A stretch of DNA of 63,477 bases, counting the filler, from Sluysia triapertura (lineage: Eukaryota), in assembly GCA_046118255.1 (NCBI GenBank). It is 5 parts of 5 records of this genome, joined end to end, with 100 filler letters (N's around TTAATTAATTAA, not from the genome) between each part and the next. Parts side by side here need not be neighbours in the genome. Positions count along the whole stretch, not along the records: positions 27,330 to 41,080 come from JBJNIA010022401.1; positions 41,181 to 52,383 come from JBJNIA010187392.1; 3 more parts are not named here. One strand, given 5' to 3'. The translations under genes were made by a program, and so were the position numbers. Positions 29,000 to 42,629 of the stretch are shown here, one piece after another. The number at the start of each line of letters is the position of its first letter. Position 1 is the stretch's first letter. The notes under the pieces are model-generated. The model saw nothing but the letters and a program-made list of their open reading frames with translations. It ran no database searches and was not told the origin of the DNA.

Positions 29000-31900
29000 T
29001 TTTGATACTTTTACTTCACAAATCCAACGGCTGGCCCCAGATGGTAAGTCCATTACATTGGTGAACTGAAGTTTTTTTTAATCTTTATTCTACTTTTCTC
29101 ACAGTTATGAGTCTAGTAGTTTGTTTAACGTTCTGTGTATGTAAGTGATGTTTTTATGTGATGAAGTGTAATGAATTTTATATGATTTCCCTACAGTCGG
29201 TATCCAATCTAAGTCTACTGGCATGTTCGAATGACCCCAATACATTAAATAAAATGGAGTAAAATTCGTATCTTGATGCACCGGCTTATGTACGCGAATA
29301 AGCATGGCGCAATATATAAATTGTCTGCCATTTAAATATGATTGAAGCATGTTTATTAGAGTTCGATTAAATATCTAGACTAATTCATCCGTTTGCGGAT
29401 GATACGGTGATGTGTAAATTCTAAGGATGTCAAATACTTTTGCTACTGATTTGATCACATCGTTAGTAAAATTCGTACCTCGATCTGTAACTTTCGCGGT
29501 ATACCATATCTATAAATTATTTTCTCCATTAATATTTGCGCAACAGTTTCCGCTTTTTCGTTTGGCATTGGGTAAGCTTCAGCGAATGCAACAATTTATT
29601 TATTTCCATGTATTGTTTCTGGCAATAGCCCCATTATGTCCATCCTGTAAATTCCATTTGTGACAATGGTACAGGCATAGGTTTTAGTGGCACTCTTGTC
29701 TTAATTCCTACAGCAGACTGAAAAATCCTTACACCATTTTTTCACGTCTTGTTCCCAATAATACTTATCTTTTATTCGCGATAATGTTTTTCTCATGCAC
29801 AGGTAGCCGCCTAACTGTCGTCATGAATTGTATTAAGATTGGAGTTATTAGTGATTTAGGAACAATTGTTTTCCATTCATCTTTTGAATTTCTAAATTAA
29901 TGTTGATTCCCCTGTGCCACAACTAGTCTGATCACTTTTATAATATGATCGTGACAACATTGTGCCTTTTTCCATGTCAAAACTGTCAATAAATTATTTC
30001 AGACTCACTACATATGTTTCTTGGAGAACATATTCCCCTCATATTCTCTCGTTCCTTGCTCATAAGTTCCGTCTGTTCTTAAATTGTTGATTATTTTTTC
30101 ATTCTTTCCTAGTTTTAACTTATCGCCTATATTTAAACTTAAATATCACGTTTAAAATACATCCCTACATTGTTTTGGCAATATTTTAAATGGTTTAAGT
30201 ACATTAGATAATTCTATTATAGATGAGTGATAGCCACAATACCAAATTGCCACTGATCGTTTTACCATATATTCTTTTATTAAAGTTGCCACTAAATTTC
30301 CCTCTTGGTACACATTAATTACTTTACTATCCTTTATTTGGATCCGATATGGCCTTGAGTTAGGGTAATCTTCCGTATCCAACAAAAAAATTTTATATCT
30401 ATCTGAGATTGACTGCAATCGAATGCTTTTATTGCATTAATCCTATTTATACCAAACATAGCCATTATATTATAATAAATAACATATTATTTGTCGAATT
30501 TTCTATTCCGAGTATTGCTGTACTTAATTTATTGTCATTATTGCCGAATAATTGTGTCATATCCAATCCTACAATCATGTCACAGAGGAATTCTTTATCG
30601 CCTTTGGGGTACAAATAATTTCTTTTCTGGCAATCATAAGTTCTTTTCCTACTACGGATATTATAATTCCTAAATATGGCGTTATTTTGTTAATCAGTTT
30701 TTCGTCTACAATTTGAATATTAATAATCGAGTGAATATATGTGGATTTTTTACCAATTTATTTTTGTGTTTCTCTTAATCGCGACCCATGTAACACATTC
30801 TTTTGTTGTGGTGGTAATAATCTTATTTCTTTTATCTCTTATTTCACTTTCTCTCAACATTTCAAAGTAGTTACTGAAAAGATTTCATTGTTTCTTATTA
30901 CTAAAATTATTTCATATTTTGTAGTTAAATAGTTTTACTTATAATCTTATAAGTAAAATTCGGTGTCTATATATTACATATCTACATCTCCAGAGATATT
31001 TGCGCCTGACTCTATAAATGCCTTTAATAAATCTATGTCTGTATTAATTCTGAAATTCTTTTTTATAATCATTCATTTTTCTTCTACGTGAACTCCTACT
31101 CAAATAACTTTTATCCATAGCCATGTCTTTCAGTCTCCTATATCCTGAAGTAACTGATTTATTTTATTCTACGATTTGGCACCCGCTATTGATTTAAAGG
31201 AAAATTAAAATTCTATCTTCATTTCTAAACGTTCGAATTTTATCTTTTAACTCGATTCCTTTCTTTATTAATATTTCTGGAATTTGGCTTTGGATAAGGA
31301 CAATGTTAAATAACTCTAGGTGTGCATTTTATGCTTTGTCGTGCGATAGAGATTTAACTTCTTAATTATCTTAACGGAAGTTATTTGATTTCCTCCTACA
31401 GAATGTGTTCTATGATATGGTATCTTTTTCATATCTTTATCTAAAATTTGCTAATTAATTATGAAGTGTGTTGCACCTTTATCCATTATGGCTTCGTATT
31501 TTTCATTTATTATTTTGGCTAACCTCAGATCTGGCTGCAGCTCGCTCCATTCGTGTTTTCAAAAAGTTACACATTTTGCATTTCTTGATCCATTTTATCC
31601 AAGTAATGTTTTCTTTTAAATATTTCTATAGCTTTATTTATTGAAATATGACCTAATTGTCTACGGTAAAAATGTATTAATATAGTTGTGTTTCCAGATT
31701 TCGGAGTAACAATTATTAATTATTGTGTATCTGATAATCTGGAAAGATATCTTCTGCTAAATTATCATTTAGATATAGCATTAATTAGTATGTCTAATTT
31801 TTCTATCATTTTTTTGTTCTATTCTCATTACCTCTTTTCTTAATTCGTCAATATCGTCTGATGTGGTTAGGTATTTTTTGAATTTCTGAATTCTCGCCAT

Positions 31901-32200
31901 TTTCTAAAATCGCCTATTTCAATTTCTTCCATTGAGTCTTATATCCGATATTATTTCCTTTAAATTTTCTAATGTCATCAGGTCATAACCTGGAATATGA
32001 AAGTGTCAATCATAATATTTTCTGAACATTCATCCATAATATAAGTTTTTGTTTCGATTTCTTGATTTAGAATTTTTATATTATCTACAAGGCTTCTTAC
32101 GTTTATTATTTCTTCATTTATCCTTTCTAGATATTCTATATCATCTATCTTCTTTTCTTTTTCCTTTCGTGGAAGCATTTTGCAAGGAGGAGCCGATACT
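29000..32200 (-). mobile_element. Decayed Ty3/Gypsy element (gag-protease-integrase, no RT seen)
   Basis: Integrase core VTDRGTNF...YTSPYHPQT (29380-29495) and HQDTNFTPFYLMY. Protease-like AIMDKGATHFII (about 31460-31500) and AFIESGANIS (about 30990-31030). Pre-RT-like YPNSRPYRI. Confidence 0.8.
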
Positions 32201-33180
32201 TACCATTTTGTACCAATAAAACCATTTGTAGATAAATTGTTCTTTAATGTATTATTAATTGTTGTTCATCGTTTTATCGAATTATAAATGGAATTTAATG
32301 CCTTCTTGAGAACGTTTAAGATAATCATATTTGTCGTTTAATTCAGTATTTAATCTAAGAATTAGTTTCGTTAAGGTTTGTATTGATGAGAAATTTAAAC
32401 TTGCCTCTCATTCATATTTAATATAAAAAAATAACACGAAATAACAGATTAACACATAATTTCTCATCGACGAGAACTGTCAGTTGTTAAATTGCATTGG
32501 TCGTTGATTAAAAGGTTGGTTTTCGTCGTTAATAAAATAAATTTCGTCTTTACTCTTTATAAACATATTTATATAACATCGCATCTTAAATTCATATCTT
32601 TCAAAATGAGTTTAAAGGACAGATAATATAACAAGTAAAATTATAAAAACTAATAAATATTATTTGAAGTTCAGAAAGCGTTTATAAACACAGGTTTGTC
32701 AAACAGTATTTATTAAATAATTCACATGCTCAAATGAATAACTCGAGTTTTTTTATTTGAAAGTTTAACTTTCACTTCAATATTAGTATTACAAAATTCG
32801 AAAGATTCTGATTGAACGGTTTGTTCACCACAATGTTAGTATTGATCATAACTAAAAAACTCTATTACCTTTTGACATTTTACGATTTTTCCAAAAATTT
32901 TATCTCTGCATTACATAACAAACTCAAAACTCTAAATATGAAACTTTTACGAATTATTACACGTTTAATAATAAATCATTCCAATGTTTTAAGGTCTAAT
33001 ATTGATATAAAAATGGGTATAAGCACTATATTGGATATAAAAAGAGACGAATCAAGTTACAAATTCTATTAGCTCTTTTTAGAATTTAATAAAGTTTACA
33101 TTCTAGTAAAAATTCATAAAAACTCAAATATATTTAAAAAGTATTTACAGAAACATAAGCACAGTAAATATTCACTTTTT

Positions 33181-34212
33181 TTAATGGCGATCTCGATGTT
33201 TATCATGGTCTTTGCGATCAGAACGTTTCCTGTGATTATCAAATGGAGAATGCTTAATTCGATCGTCACGCCCTCGATCTCTATCTCGATCACGCTCTCT
33301 GTTAGTTTCAACTGGCGAATGTTTAATACGATCTTCACGATCTCGTTTACTTTCTCGATGTTTACGACGTTCTTTTCTATCACGTTCTTCTGATCGTTTT
33401 CTTCGTTTTCCATGAGATCTGTAGAAACACAATAAATGAAAATAATTAATTAACCTAGACTTAGATCTTCTTCTACCAGAATCTTGATCATGCTTATGTT
33501 CTTGATCTTCTAACTCTTTTTTAATAGCTTTTTCTTTTTCCTGTCGAGCCAATTCAGCTGCCTCTGCTTCACGTTGAGCTTCTTTTTCAAATTCTGCTAA
33601 CATCGCTTCTTGTAAATCTTCATCTAATATCGAAATTCTTGGTTCCAATAAATTCTGTTCCTCCAAAATAAATCGTTTCTGAATTCTTGGTAATATAATA
33701 GAACATACACGATCATCTCGCAATAGTTCCTCAATAAATTCATCCATATGAACTAAAGCAAAACTACCATCTTCGCGCTGCCGACGTAATTTTGAATAAT
33801 CGTTATACAATGTCTCCAGATATTTATATATGTCTATAGAATTACCAGTTAAGCGTAAATAAATAGCCCCTAATGCTCGTGCATATCTAATTAAAAAAAC
33901 GTATTTAAATAGCTGTACTTACTTAAAATCATTTTGCCTGATAAATTCTATCACAATATCTTTTTCTGGTTGAATCTGTAATAATTTTTGCACAAGACAT
34001 AAAAATGGAGTTGGTACATTCGTAGCCCCATAAACTCCACCAATGTACCTTAATTCACAAGATTTATCCACAAGCAATTCTGCATTTAATCCAAAACAAT
34101 CTTCTTTCCAATAACGGCTATCATAAATTCGATATCGAATTACTTTCTCTATTAAATTTTGTGGATTTGTACTGTGTATTGTATGAGCATCTCGTACCGT
34201 AGGGTTTGCCAT
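33181..34212 (-). CDS. PRPF38A: Pre-mRNA splicing factor 38A; exons 34212-33923, 33886-33455, 33418-33181
   Basis: MANPTVRDAHTIHSTNPQNLIEKVIRYRIYDSRYWKEDCFGL...QIQPEKDIV...FKYARALGAIYLRLTG...HMDEFIEELL, then an RS/RD tail. Two GT-AG introns of 36 nt. Confidence 0.97.
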
Positions 34213-35499
34213 TTAAGAAACAAAATCTATATAGCTAAATGTCACAAACGGAACTTTAAACAGGAATGAAATTCGTATTAAATAATAAATCTAATTATAT
34301 TTCTAATACACAGAGTGGGACTATTTTAATAAAGATACAAATAAAGATAATTAATTTTGATTTTATAAATAGCATTATAATTGTTTATTATATAAACAAA
34401 AATAATTTTTTCTTTTATCTATAATTTAGAAATTTAATTCGTATACATAATATCTGAATAAAGACCGAGTTACAATTACAAATACTTTATAAAACGCAAC
34501 AATATACATTGCCTAAGTATATTTATTATTGTAAATAAACAGATGAAACAAAAATATAAAACCTTAAGGTTATTAGAAATAAAACACTAGACATAATGAG
34601 TTATTTGCAATCAATTATTCTAATACTACATATTTTTATAAATTATTAAAGAAAAAATCAAAACCATTTAATAAGTGATAAAACGTCTCAAGTGATTAAT
34701 GCTCTTGAAAAGTATGAATTAATATTTATAAATCAAATATTACATTAGAAACACAAAAGACGAATAGTGAGTCTTAATTTCAGAGAAATATTGAAGATGA
34801 TTTAATAATGATTATGTCGGAAAAGTCAAAAATAACTAATGTGGAAACGCGTTTTCCCGGTTTTACTGAAATTTATTAATCACTCTTCATATCATCTAAA
34901 TTTAAGACTTTAATAGTAATTGAATATTAAAATATTAATATAATAATTTTATAAATAACCATATGTGAATCTAGTAATAAGATTAGGTGGGCCTTTTGTA
35001 AATTGTTTTGTGGATGTATGAAATGAATCTTCGTATTTTGGATGAATCGATGGGATCCTTGAAATGTATTTATCAAGTTTATTTATAAGAGTTAAAATTA
35101 GTGAAACTTAAAGGTGTTGTAATATTATAGTGTTCTGTATCTATAGTGTTATAGTGTTCCGTATCTATCAAATCTTACTTTATTAACATTTGTTCGACTT
35201 GATTTGAATTCTCTAATTCATTCTCTTGCTGAATTATGATTTCCGATTCCAATATTTAACAATAATTATAACAATGATAATGTAATAACTAATAATAAAT
35301 TAGATCAGTCATTTTTATAATAAGAATGACTGTCATATGAATGAAAATCATATATAAAAATCATTGTTATTGGTCTGGTAATAATTAACATAAAGAAGCA
35401 GAAAAATGAATCAGAGAGGTGAAGGTGAAAACATCTTGAACCTTCTGAACACCTTATTAACTACTAAATAATTTTAGAACACTAATTAAAGATAAAATA

Positions 35500-37560
35500 A
35501 AATAAGATTAAACATAATAAAAGATTAAGTCTGAAAGAATTAATTTAGTCTAAAAATTAATTAAAAATCTTAATTAACTTAATACTAAAAAGTACGTTTG
35601 AATGCAGAATGCTGTGTCAAAGTCGAAACTGTGTATGTATTTGTATTAAAGAGACCTTGACCGAATTCGTGCAAGAAACGCCTTAATGTTGAGTAAAATC
35701 AACTTTTTATTAATTCTTAATTATGAAAGGTTGAATTTTTAATCCTTAAATGAGGAAAAGATAATGATTGAATATGAGATGATTGACATGAAAGAGGAGA
35801 ATTTAAATGTTTGTAAAATGGTTTGTTTGAGAATTAGAAAACTTTGTGTCAAAAAATCGAAAATAAATTAAATTCTAAAAACTACTATTAAATTCATTAC
35901 TTTTTATGTATGTTAACAATATTGTTGATTGTTATTTTAATGTGATAAGTAATTTAAAAGTAGGAAGTAAAAATAGATTGATGAGAGTAAAAGTAAATGA
36001 TGAAAATCAATGAAGTGTGACGAACTATACCATGGATTATTATTACGAAAATCCATGACTATGGATTTTAATTTTTACAATATTTTTTTCAATATTTTAA
36101 TTATTATTAAAACTAACTTTTTCGGGAATCTTTAGTAAACTTTTGCTATTATTAGTATAATTTCTTAAGCTATTTATAAATTGTTTTTGGGGCTTCCTAC
36201 CCGAATTATTTTGAAATATTTTAAGTTAGACATTTGATTATTATTATCTTAATTTTTCTAAAGCTATGTATAATTTGATATTTGGGATACTCCCTGTCCG
36301 AATTATTTTATAAATTTTCTGTTATTAAGTTAGAATAAAATTATTATTTTCAACTTTTTAGTTATTGATATTTTGGTTTTTGTTGCGTCACTTCAGGTTT
36401 CTTTGGACAGATTATTCTATGCCTAATATTGTTGTAAGGATTTTTGCTAATTTTGAGATTTAATCATTTTTAGTTAATTCACTCATATTATGTTAAATAG
36501 GACAACTTTAATAGCTATCTGTATTTGTTTTTGTAATTATTGTATTATTGAGTTATTGTTATTAATTTTAATTGTTATTGATTGAATTTTTGGCCTACAT
36601 AAATATCATTATTAAAATAAGAAAATTTGTTATAATGTTGAGATTGTCCAACTGTGGATCTGGAGACGATTGAAAACATACAAGTTATAAAATAAAGTAA
36701 TAACTGATACAAATTGATGGATTAAACATTATAAACATTGTCGGAATAAGAATTATATTTGTAAAAACATCTATAATAATGTTAACAGCTAAAGAATACC
36801 TTGGTATTACAAAGACCTATATATAATGTCGAGACCTTGTTGAAACTTGAAATAAACTTGGAAAATCTTTGAAGACATTAAGTATCTTTGAGCTTGTTAG
36901 TTATGAGATCATCTAAAACCTTATTAACTCTTAAGTATTCTCGAAACCTTGATAAGCATCTAAGATCTTCGAGTAATTTTTTAAAGTGTATAAAATCTTT
37001 TTTCAAAATAATTAACATGAAGAATTTGAAAAAGGAATAAGAAATGTGACTGTGAAAACATCTAGAGCCTCAATAAAACATTTAAACATAAAATAAGATT
37101 CAGTCTAAAAATAGATTAATTAATTAAAATCTTAATTAACTTAATACGAAAAGTATGTTTTTATGAAAAACGTTTGAATGAAGAATGCTATGTTAAATTT
37201 GAAAAGATGTATGTAATTGGTTTGTAAAGACCATTCGATGTAGGTTTGGTTTGAACGAATTCATGCAAGGAAAGCCTTAATATTGAGCAAAGTCAGATTT
37301 TAATTAATTTTTAATTATGGAATGTGGAATATAATGAATATAATGAATTGAATATGAGATGAAAAGCTATGGAAGAGGAGAATCTAGAAGTGAGTTTGAA
37401 ATGTTTGTAGAGTGGTTTGTTTGAGAATAAGAAGCTTAAAACATTTTTCATTAGAAAATTTGGTGTCAAAAAACAAAAATCAATTAAATTCTTAAAACTA
37501 AAATTAAATTAATTTTTTTGTGTATGCTAAAAATATTAATGATTATTATATTAATGTAAG
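35500..37560. repeat. Two diverged copies (about 35500-35960 and 37085-37560) of an unclassified interspersed repeat
   Basis: Shared blocks such as AATCTTAATTAACTTAATAC, GTTTGAATG.AGAATGCT, GAATTC.TGCAAG and TGGTTTGTTTGAGAAT. Confidence 0.8.
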
Positions 37561-38665
37561 AATTAATTTAAATAAAGGTAGATTGAGTAGAGTACCGGAA
37601 AATAATATATAATCATAAATCAATTTTTGTGTTTTGTATCTAATAAAGTTTGACAGTCTCTAGCATGTAACCGTCAAAGTTATTAATGTTGGATTAATTC
37701 TCAAAGAATGTTGCAGTGATTTGTGTGACAGAATGTTTAACCAAAATTTGGGAATGATTTGATGATGATAATACATAAAAAGGTATACCAAAAAATTTTT
37801 TACCTCACGGCAACATCACAATAGTAACAACAACAATTAATAATGCAAATGAGAAGGTCCATGCTTGAAGTAATTTTTGAATTTATTTTATAATTAAAAT
37901 AATATTATTTTTGGGAGATTTTATTAAAATAGTTTTGTGTTATTTTTGGAAATTTATATTTGCTTATTATTAAGAAATAATCGTGAATAATAATTAATAT
38001 TTGTCTTAGTGTTTGTTGCGTCACTCCTGGTTTCTTTAGATAGATTGTTGTATCCTTGATACTAGTATAAACTGTGGTGCCCAACTTTGTAACACAAAAT
38101 TTTAAACCCATTTCAATACATCAAACATCAAATTCTTATATCACATTAAAAAATTACATTTTGTTACACTTTAGCTTTTCATTCCAGTAAAAATCATTAA
38201 AATTGTAATTTAAATTTAAATATAAAAGTTAATATACTAAATGGAATTTCCTTAACACCTTTAACTACGTCATTACAATCTATTGTTATTACTTCATAAA
38301 TTCTTTTTACATTTTGTGTTATATTCAAAGAAAAGGAAAAGGATTTATGTATTTTATGTGTTTTGTCTTCATTTTTATTTTTAATTTTATTATTCTTATT
38401 GTTTTATTTCATTTTTATTATTTTTATTATTAATAATTAAAATATTATTATTACTATTATTTTCATTTTATTATTATTATTATTTTATTATTGCACTTTT
38501 ATTATTATTATTATTAATTTCTATTATTATCATTATTTTAATTATCACTGTCCACTTTGACAGTTTACCTATTTTGTGCCGTCAACAATTGACAGCCTCT
38601 ATACTTTTAAAATCAAAATTTGCATTCAGCAACAAAATTAGTTGCTCTTCATTTGACAGTTTAAA

Positions 38666-39720
38666 ATGAATTTTCAATCAGTATATCTTCTCAATTGGCT
38701 AACAAATAGGGACCTTCAAATGTTTGCATACTGAAATATTTTGATTTTACAATAAATTTGGACATTCACACTTATTTTATCAGTGATTATAAAAGTTTCA
38801 ACCTGATTTTTTTGCAACAAATATTAAAAAAGAGATTTTTAGTAAATATTTATGATATTGAAAGATTCAGACAATTCCATCAATGAAATTAAAAAAGCAG
38901 TTCTCGAATTAATGCAAAAGTCTTGTGATTTCATCGAAAATATGCTGAAATTCATAATAAAAAGATTAATTTAATGAAACGAGTAAAATTACTTCAACCC
39001 GAAAATTCTATGTTAAATGATAATTTATTTACAATTGAGAAGTCAGTCGATACTGTGAATAAAATATGTTATGATATGGAAAGTTTGAGCAAAGAGTTAG
39101 AGAAAAAGCAAACTGAAAATGAGCGATTTAATTCATTAATTAGATTTATTTATGAATCGACTGATAAAAATTCAGCTAACTATAATGAAACACCTATATC
39201 AATTGATCAAGGCCTTTTACAAAATGTTATCAAAATCGATTTCATAGTACCGCACCTAATGCAAATTCATTTCGAAATAATCATCAATATTCTCGTGGGA
39301 ATATTAAAGAAAAAGAAGGTGATAATAATTTGCGTCTTTTTAAATCTGCATTGTGCATGTATGGATCTTGAGCTACAGGTCAATGTATCAAGAATGGTAA
39401 ATTTTGTCCATATGCTCACGAATTGAATAAGTTAGGATCAATTCCTGGTGTCAAATCAATCAATCTTACGTGCTCACAAATTCATGAATTAGTATTTAGC
39501 TTAACAACGCAGAAACATTATCATAACCTTCATAATCCATTAATACCAATTACTGATATCGAAGAAGATCCTAAAATTTATGGTCGTAACACTTGATTTA
39601 TTTTAAGGTAAATAACTATTATAATTTTAATTATAATTATAATTCCAATTATAATTATATTTTAAATTTTAGAAATCATTTGGGGAACATGGCGTACCGA
39701 AACATAAACTTTGAGTCATC
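38666..39720 (+). pseudogene. Decayed gene with a coiled-coil and an Unkempt-type CCCH zinc finger
   Basis: 39330-39435 reads LRLFKSALCMYGS*ATGQCIKNGKFCPYAHELNKL (C-x9-C-x6-C-x3-H with KNG). It has an in-frame stop, frameshifts and a GT-AG intron-like tract at 39608-39671. Confidence 0.6.
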
Positions 39721-41011
39721 AAAACATTATTTTTATGCTAGAGAACAATCTTTGATTAAATTAAGTTTTTGTGTAATAAATAAATGTTTCAAGATTTATT
39801 TTAATTCTCTTATTTCTAATAATTTCATAAATACTTTGGATAAAAATATGAAATTTTTCTAAATAATTATAATAATAATTTAATCAGCTTTAATTTAAAA
39901 TCAATTTTTGATAACAAAACTAAAACTACATAAAATAAACGTTATTGTTGATCTCGTCATTTTACTCATGTTTAGAATTGTTTAGTGGAGATTTATAATA
40001 ATAATAATAATAATAATTTTGATTTGATTTTTTGTTTAACCAGTAAATTATTGTGTTATTATTGATTTGATTTTCAAGAGCTTAATTTTGGGGTGAATAA
40101 TTATTATCAGAATAAGAGAATTACTGAAAAATATTACAGTGACTACTTAAATTATTGAGATTTTATTAAAGTTAATTAAATTGATATAGAGTTAGCGTAA
40201 TTAATAATTTTTAAAGACGCAACAATTTGATTAGTTTTATCTTTATTTTATGTTGATAAATTGAGTTAATAGCAGAACATTAATGTAATAACGATGGTAA
40301 ATTTTAGAAAGGATAAGAGGATTGATTATCACAAATCCAAATATCTTTGAGTAATTGCGGGAGACGATGAATGAAATTGGAAACCAACTGAAATTACTAT
40401 TGAAATATTTAATTAATAAAATTGGTCGGCTTATGACCGACTAAAAAGAATGAATAGTTTTAGAAGTAATCATTTCCAGTTTTCCAACTTTTAATATCCT
40501 AAACTTCTATGTAAATAAGAGTATTTTTGTCATAGAATCAAAACAAGAATAATTAAACCAAAGAGAAACTTGATATCCAAAACTTTATCTTGATAAACAC
40601 TGTGATTGAGGACTTATCTTTTGCAACTCATTAAACTTTAGAAACAGTGGCTTTATTGTTAAGGTTTGTAGCTTACGTTATGGTTATTTTATTATTGTTA
40701 ATAAAGATGTCAACACTTATGTGTTGTGTAAACCCTGGATTTTTATAGATTTAGTACATAAGGTAGTGATTTATAATTGTTGAATTTATATATTGAAAGC
40801 ATAATAGTGCCATTTAGAATAATGATAGCAAATTGACTATAATAAATCTAAAACTGTTAGTCACGGCTGGTTGTGAATTCCCTTGGAGCCTTAAACAATC
40901 CCCTTCTGTGATCTGCACTCCAAATATCTAATTTTATCTTTTTTAAAATTTCTTTTGTAGCTTCTTGAGTAGCTGTTGTCTTAGGTGTGTCTAATTGATC
41001 ATCATTTATAT

Positions 41012-41080
41012 CAGGGCTTCTTAAACTGTGGGTCGCGAGACTACTAAAAGGGGGTCGCAAAGATCTGATACTTTTCAATC
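41012..41080. mobile_element. hAT/Charlie-like element end
   Basis: CAGGGCTTCTTAAACTGTGGGTCGCG...GGGGGTCGC, truncated by the gap. Confidence 0.5.
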
Positions 41081-41180
41081 NNNNNNNNNNNNNNNNNNNN
41101 NNNNNNNNNNNNNNNNNNNNNNNNTTAATTAATTAANNNNNNNNNNNNNNNNNNNNNNNNNNNNNNNNNNNNNNNNNNNN
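41081..41180. other. Artificial contig spacer
   Basis: N-TTAATTAATTAA-N. Confidence 0.97.
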
Positions 41181-42629
41181 AAGTTATTATTTAGCATTAA
41201 GTGTGAATTTTATAAGTTTATACGTTGATTTTATAAGTTTAAGTTTGAATTTCTATACGTTTTTTTACTCGTTTTCTAAGTAATTTTGATAGGATTTTCA
41301 TAAGTTTAAGGATTTAAGTCTGAATTATATTGATATTTTGATATTTAAGTTAGTTAAAATTTAGTCTAAGTTGTTCATATTTGCATTTTTAAGAATTAAG
41401 TCTATGTTTTATTACATATTTTGTGATTATTCTAAGTTCCCATTAAGTTTAAGCTATTAAATTGTGGATTTTATTAAGTTTAAGTGTCATATTTTGAATT
41501 TTTAAGTCATAAGTGTAAGTTTTATTGCATATTTTTGGTAATTAAGTTAAGTTTTCATTAAGTTTCCCCATTAAGTATTTGATAAGTTTTAGCTGATTTT
41601 CATAAGTCTTCATTTATGTTTAAGTAAGAATTTATAAGTTTATTAAGTTTTTTGAAGTTAATTTGACAAGTCTTTACGATTTTTATAAGTTTAACATTAA
41701 GTTACAAAAGTTGACAGTTATTTTAAGTCGTTTTATAAGAATTTCATTAAGTTTTCATTGCATTTGTTTAGTTTTATTTAATTATTTGAATTTGCATAAG
41801 TTTTAATTAAGTTTTACCCCTAATTTTGATAAAAGTTAAGTTTATAAGTAAGATTTTTCTACGATTTTATCGAATTGAAGTATTATTTTGAATTTTACCT
41901 CAGTTGTTTATAAGTTTTCTTGATTTAATAAGTAAAATTTATAAGTTTTCTGATATTTTGATAAGTTTTCTAAGATATTTGTATGATTTTTCTACGATTT
42001 TGAATTTTGTTAAGGTTTCTGATATTTCGATAAGTTTTCTGTACTATTTTTAACATTACCCATTAAGTTGTACCTTAATTTTGATTATAAGTTTAAGTTT
42101 TACAGTTTATTTCATAAGTTACACAAGTTTTAAGTTTGATTTCAACTCTATTTTATTGTCATTAAGTTTAAATATATTGATAAAAGTTTCCCTGATTAAG
42201 TTTTATAAGATTTTGATTTATATTTGTTGTTATTTTCCAAGTTTAATTGAATTTCCAAAGTTTTCATGATTTAAGTTTAATTATAAGTTTATTTAAAGTT
42301 TGTTATTAAGTTTGACTTTACTGATTGAAGCTTCCTTGATTAAGTTGTATAAGACTTTGATTTATATTTGTTGATATTTTCCAAGTTTAATTGAATATCT
42401 AAGTTTAAATATCTAAGTTTAAGATATTTGATTTCGATTTGAATTTTTATCCCATTAAATTTGTATTGAAGTTATTAAGTTTTGATATTTGACTAAGTTT
42501 ATCTTTATTTTGATAAGTTATAAGTTTATATTTAAGTTTTTAAGTCTTCAAAATTGACACACGAATTTTAATTGAATTTACTAAGATTAAAAAAATTCTA
42601 GAAGAAATCACTCCAAACAAACTAATAAG

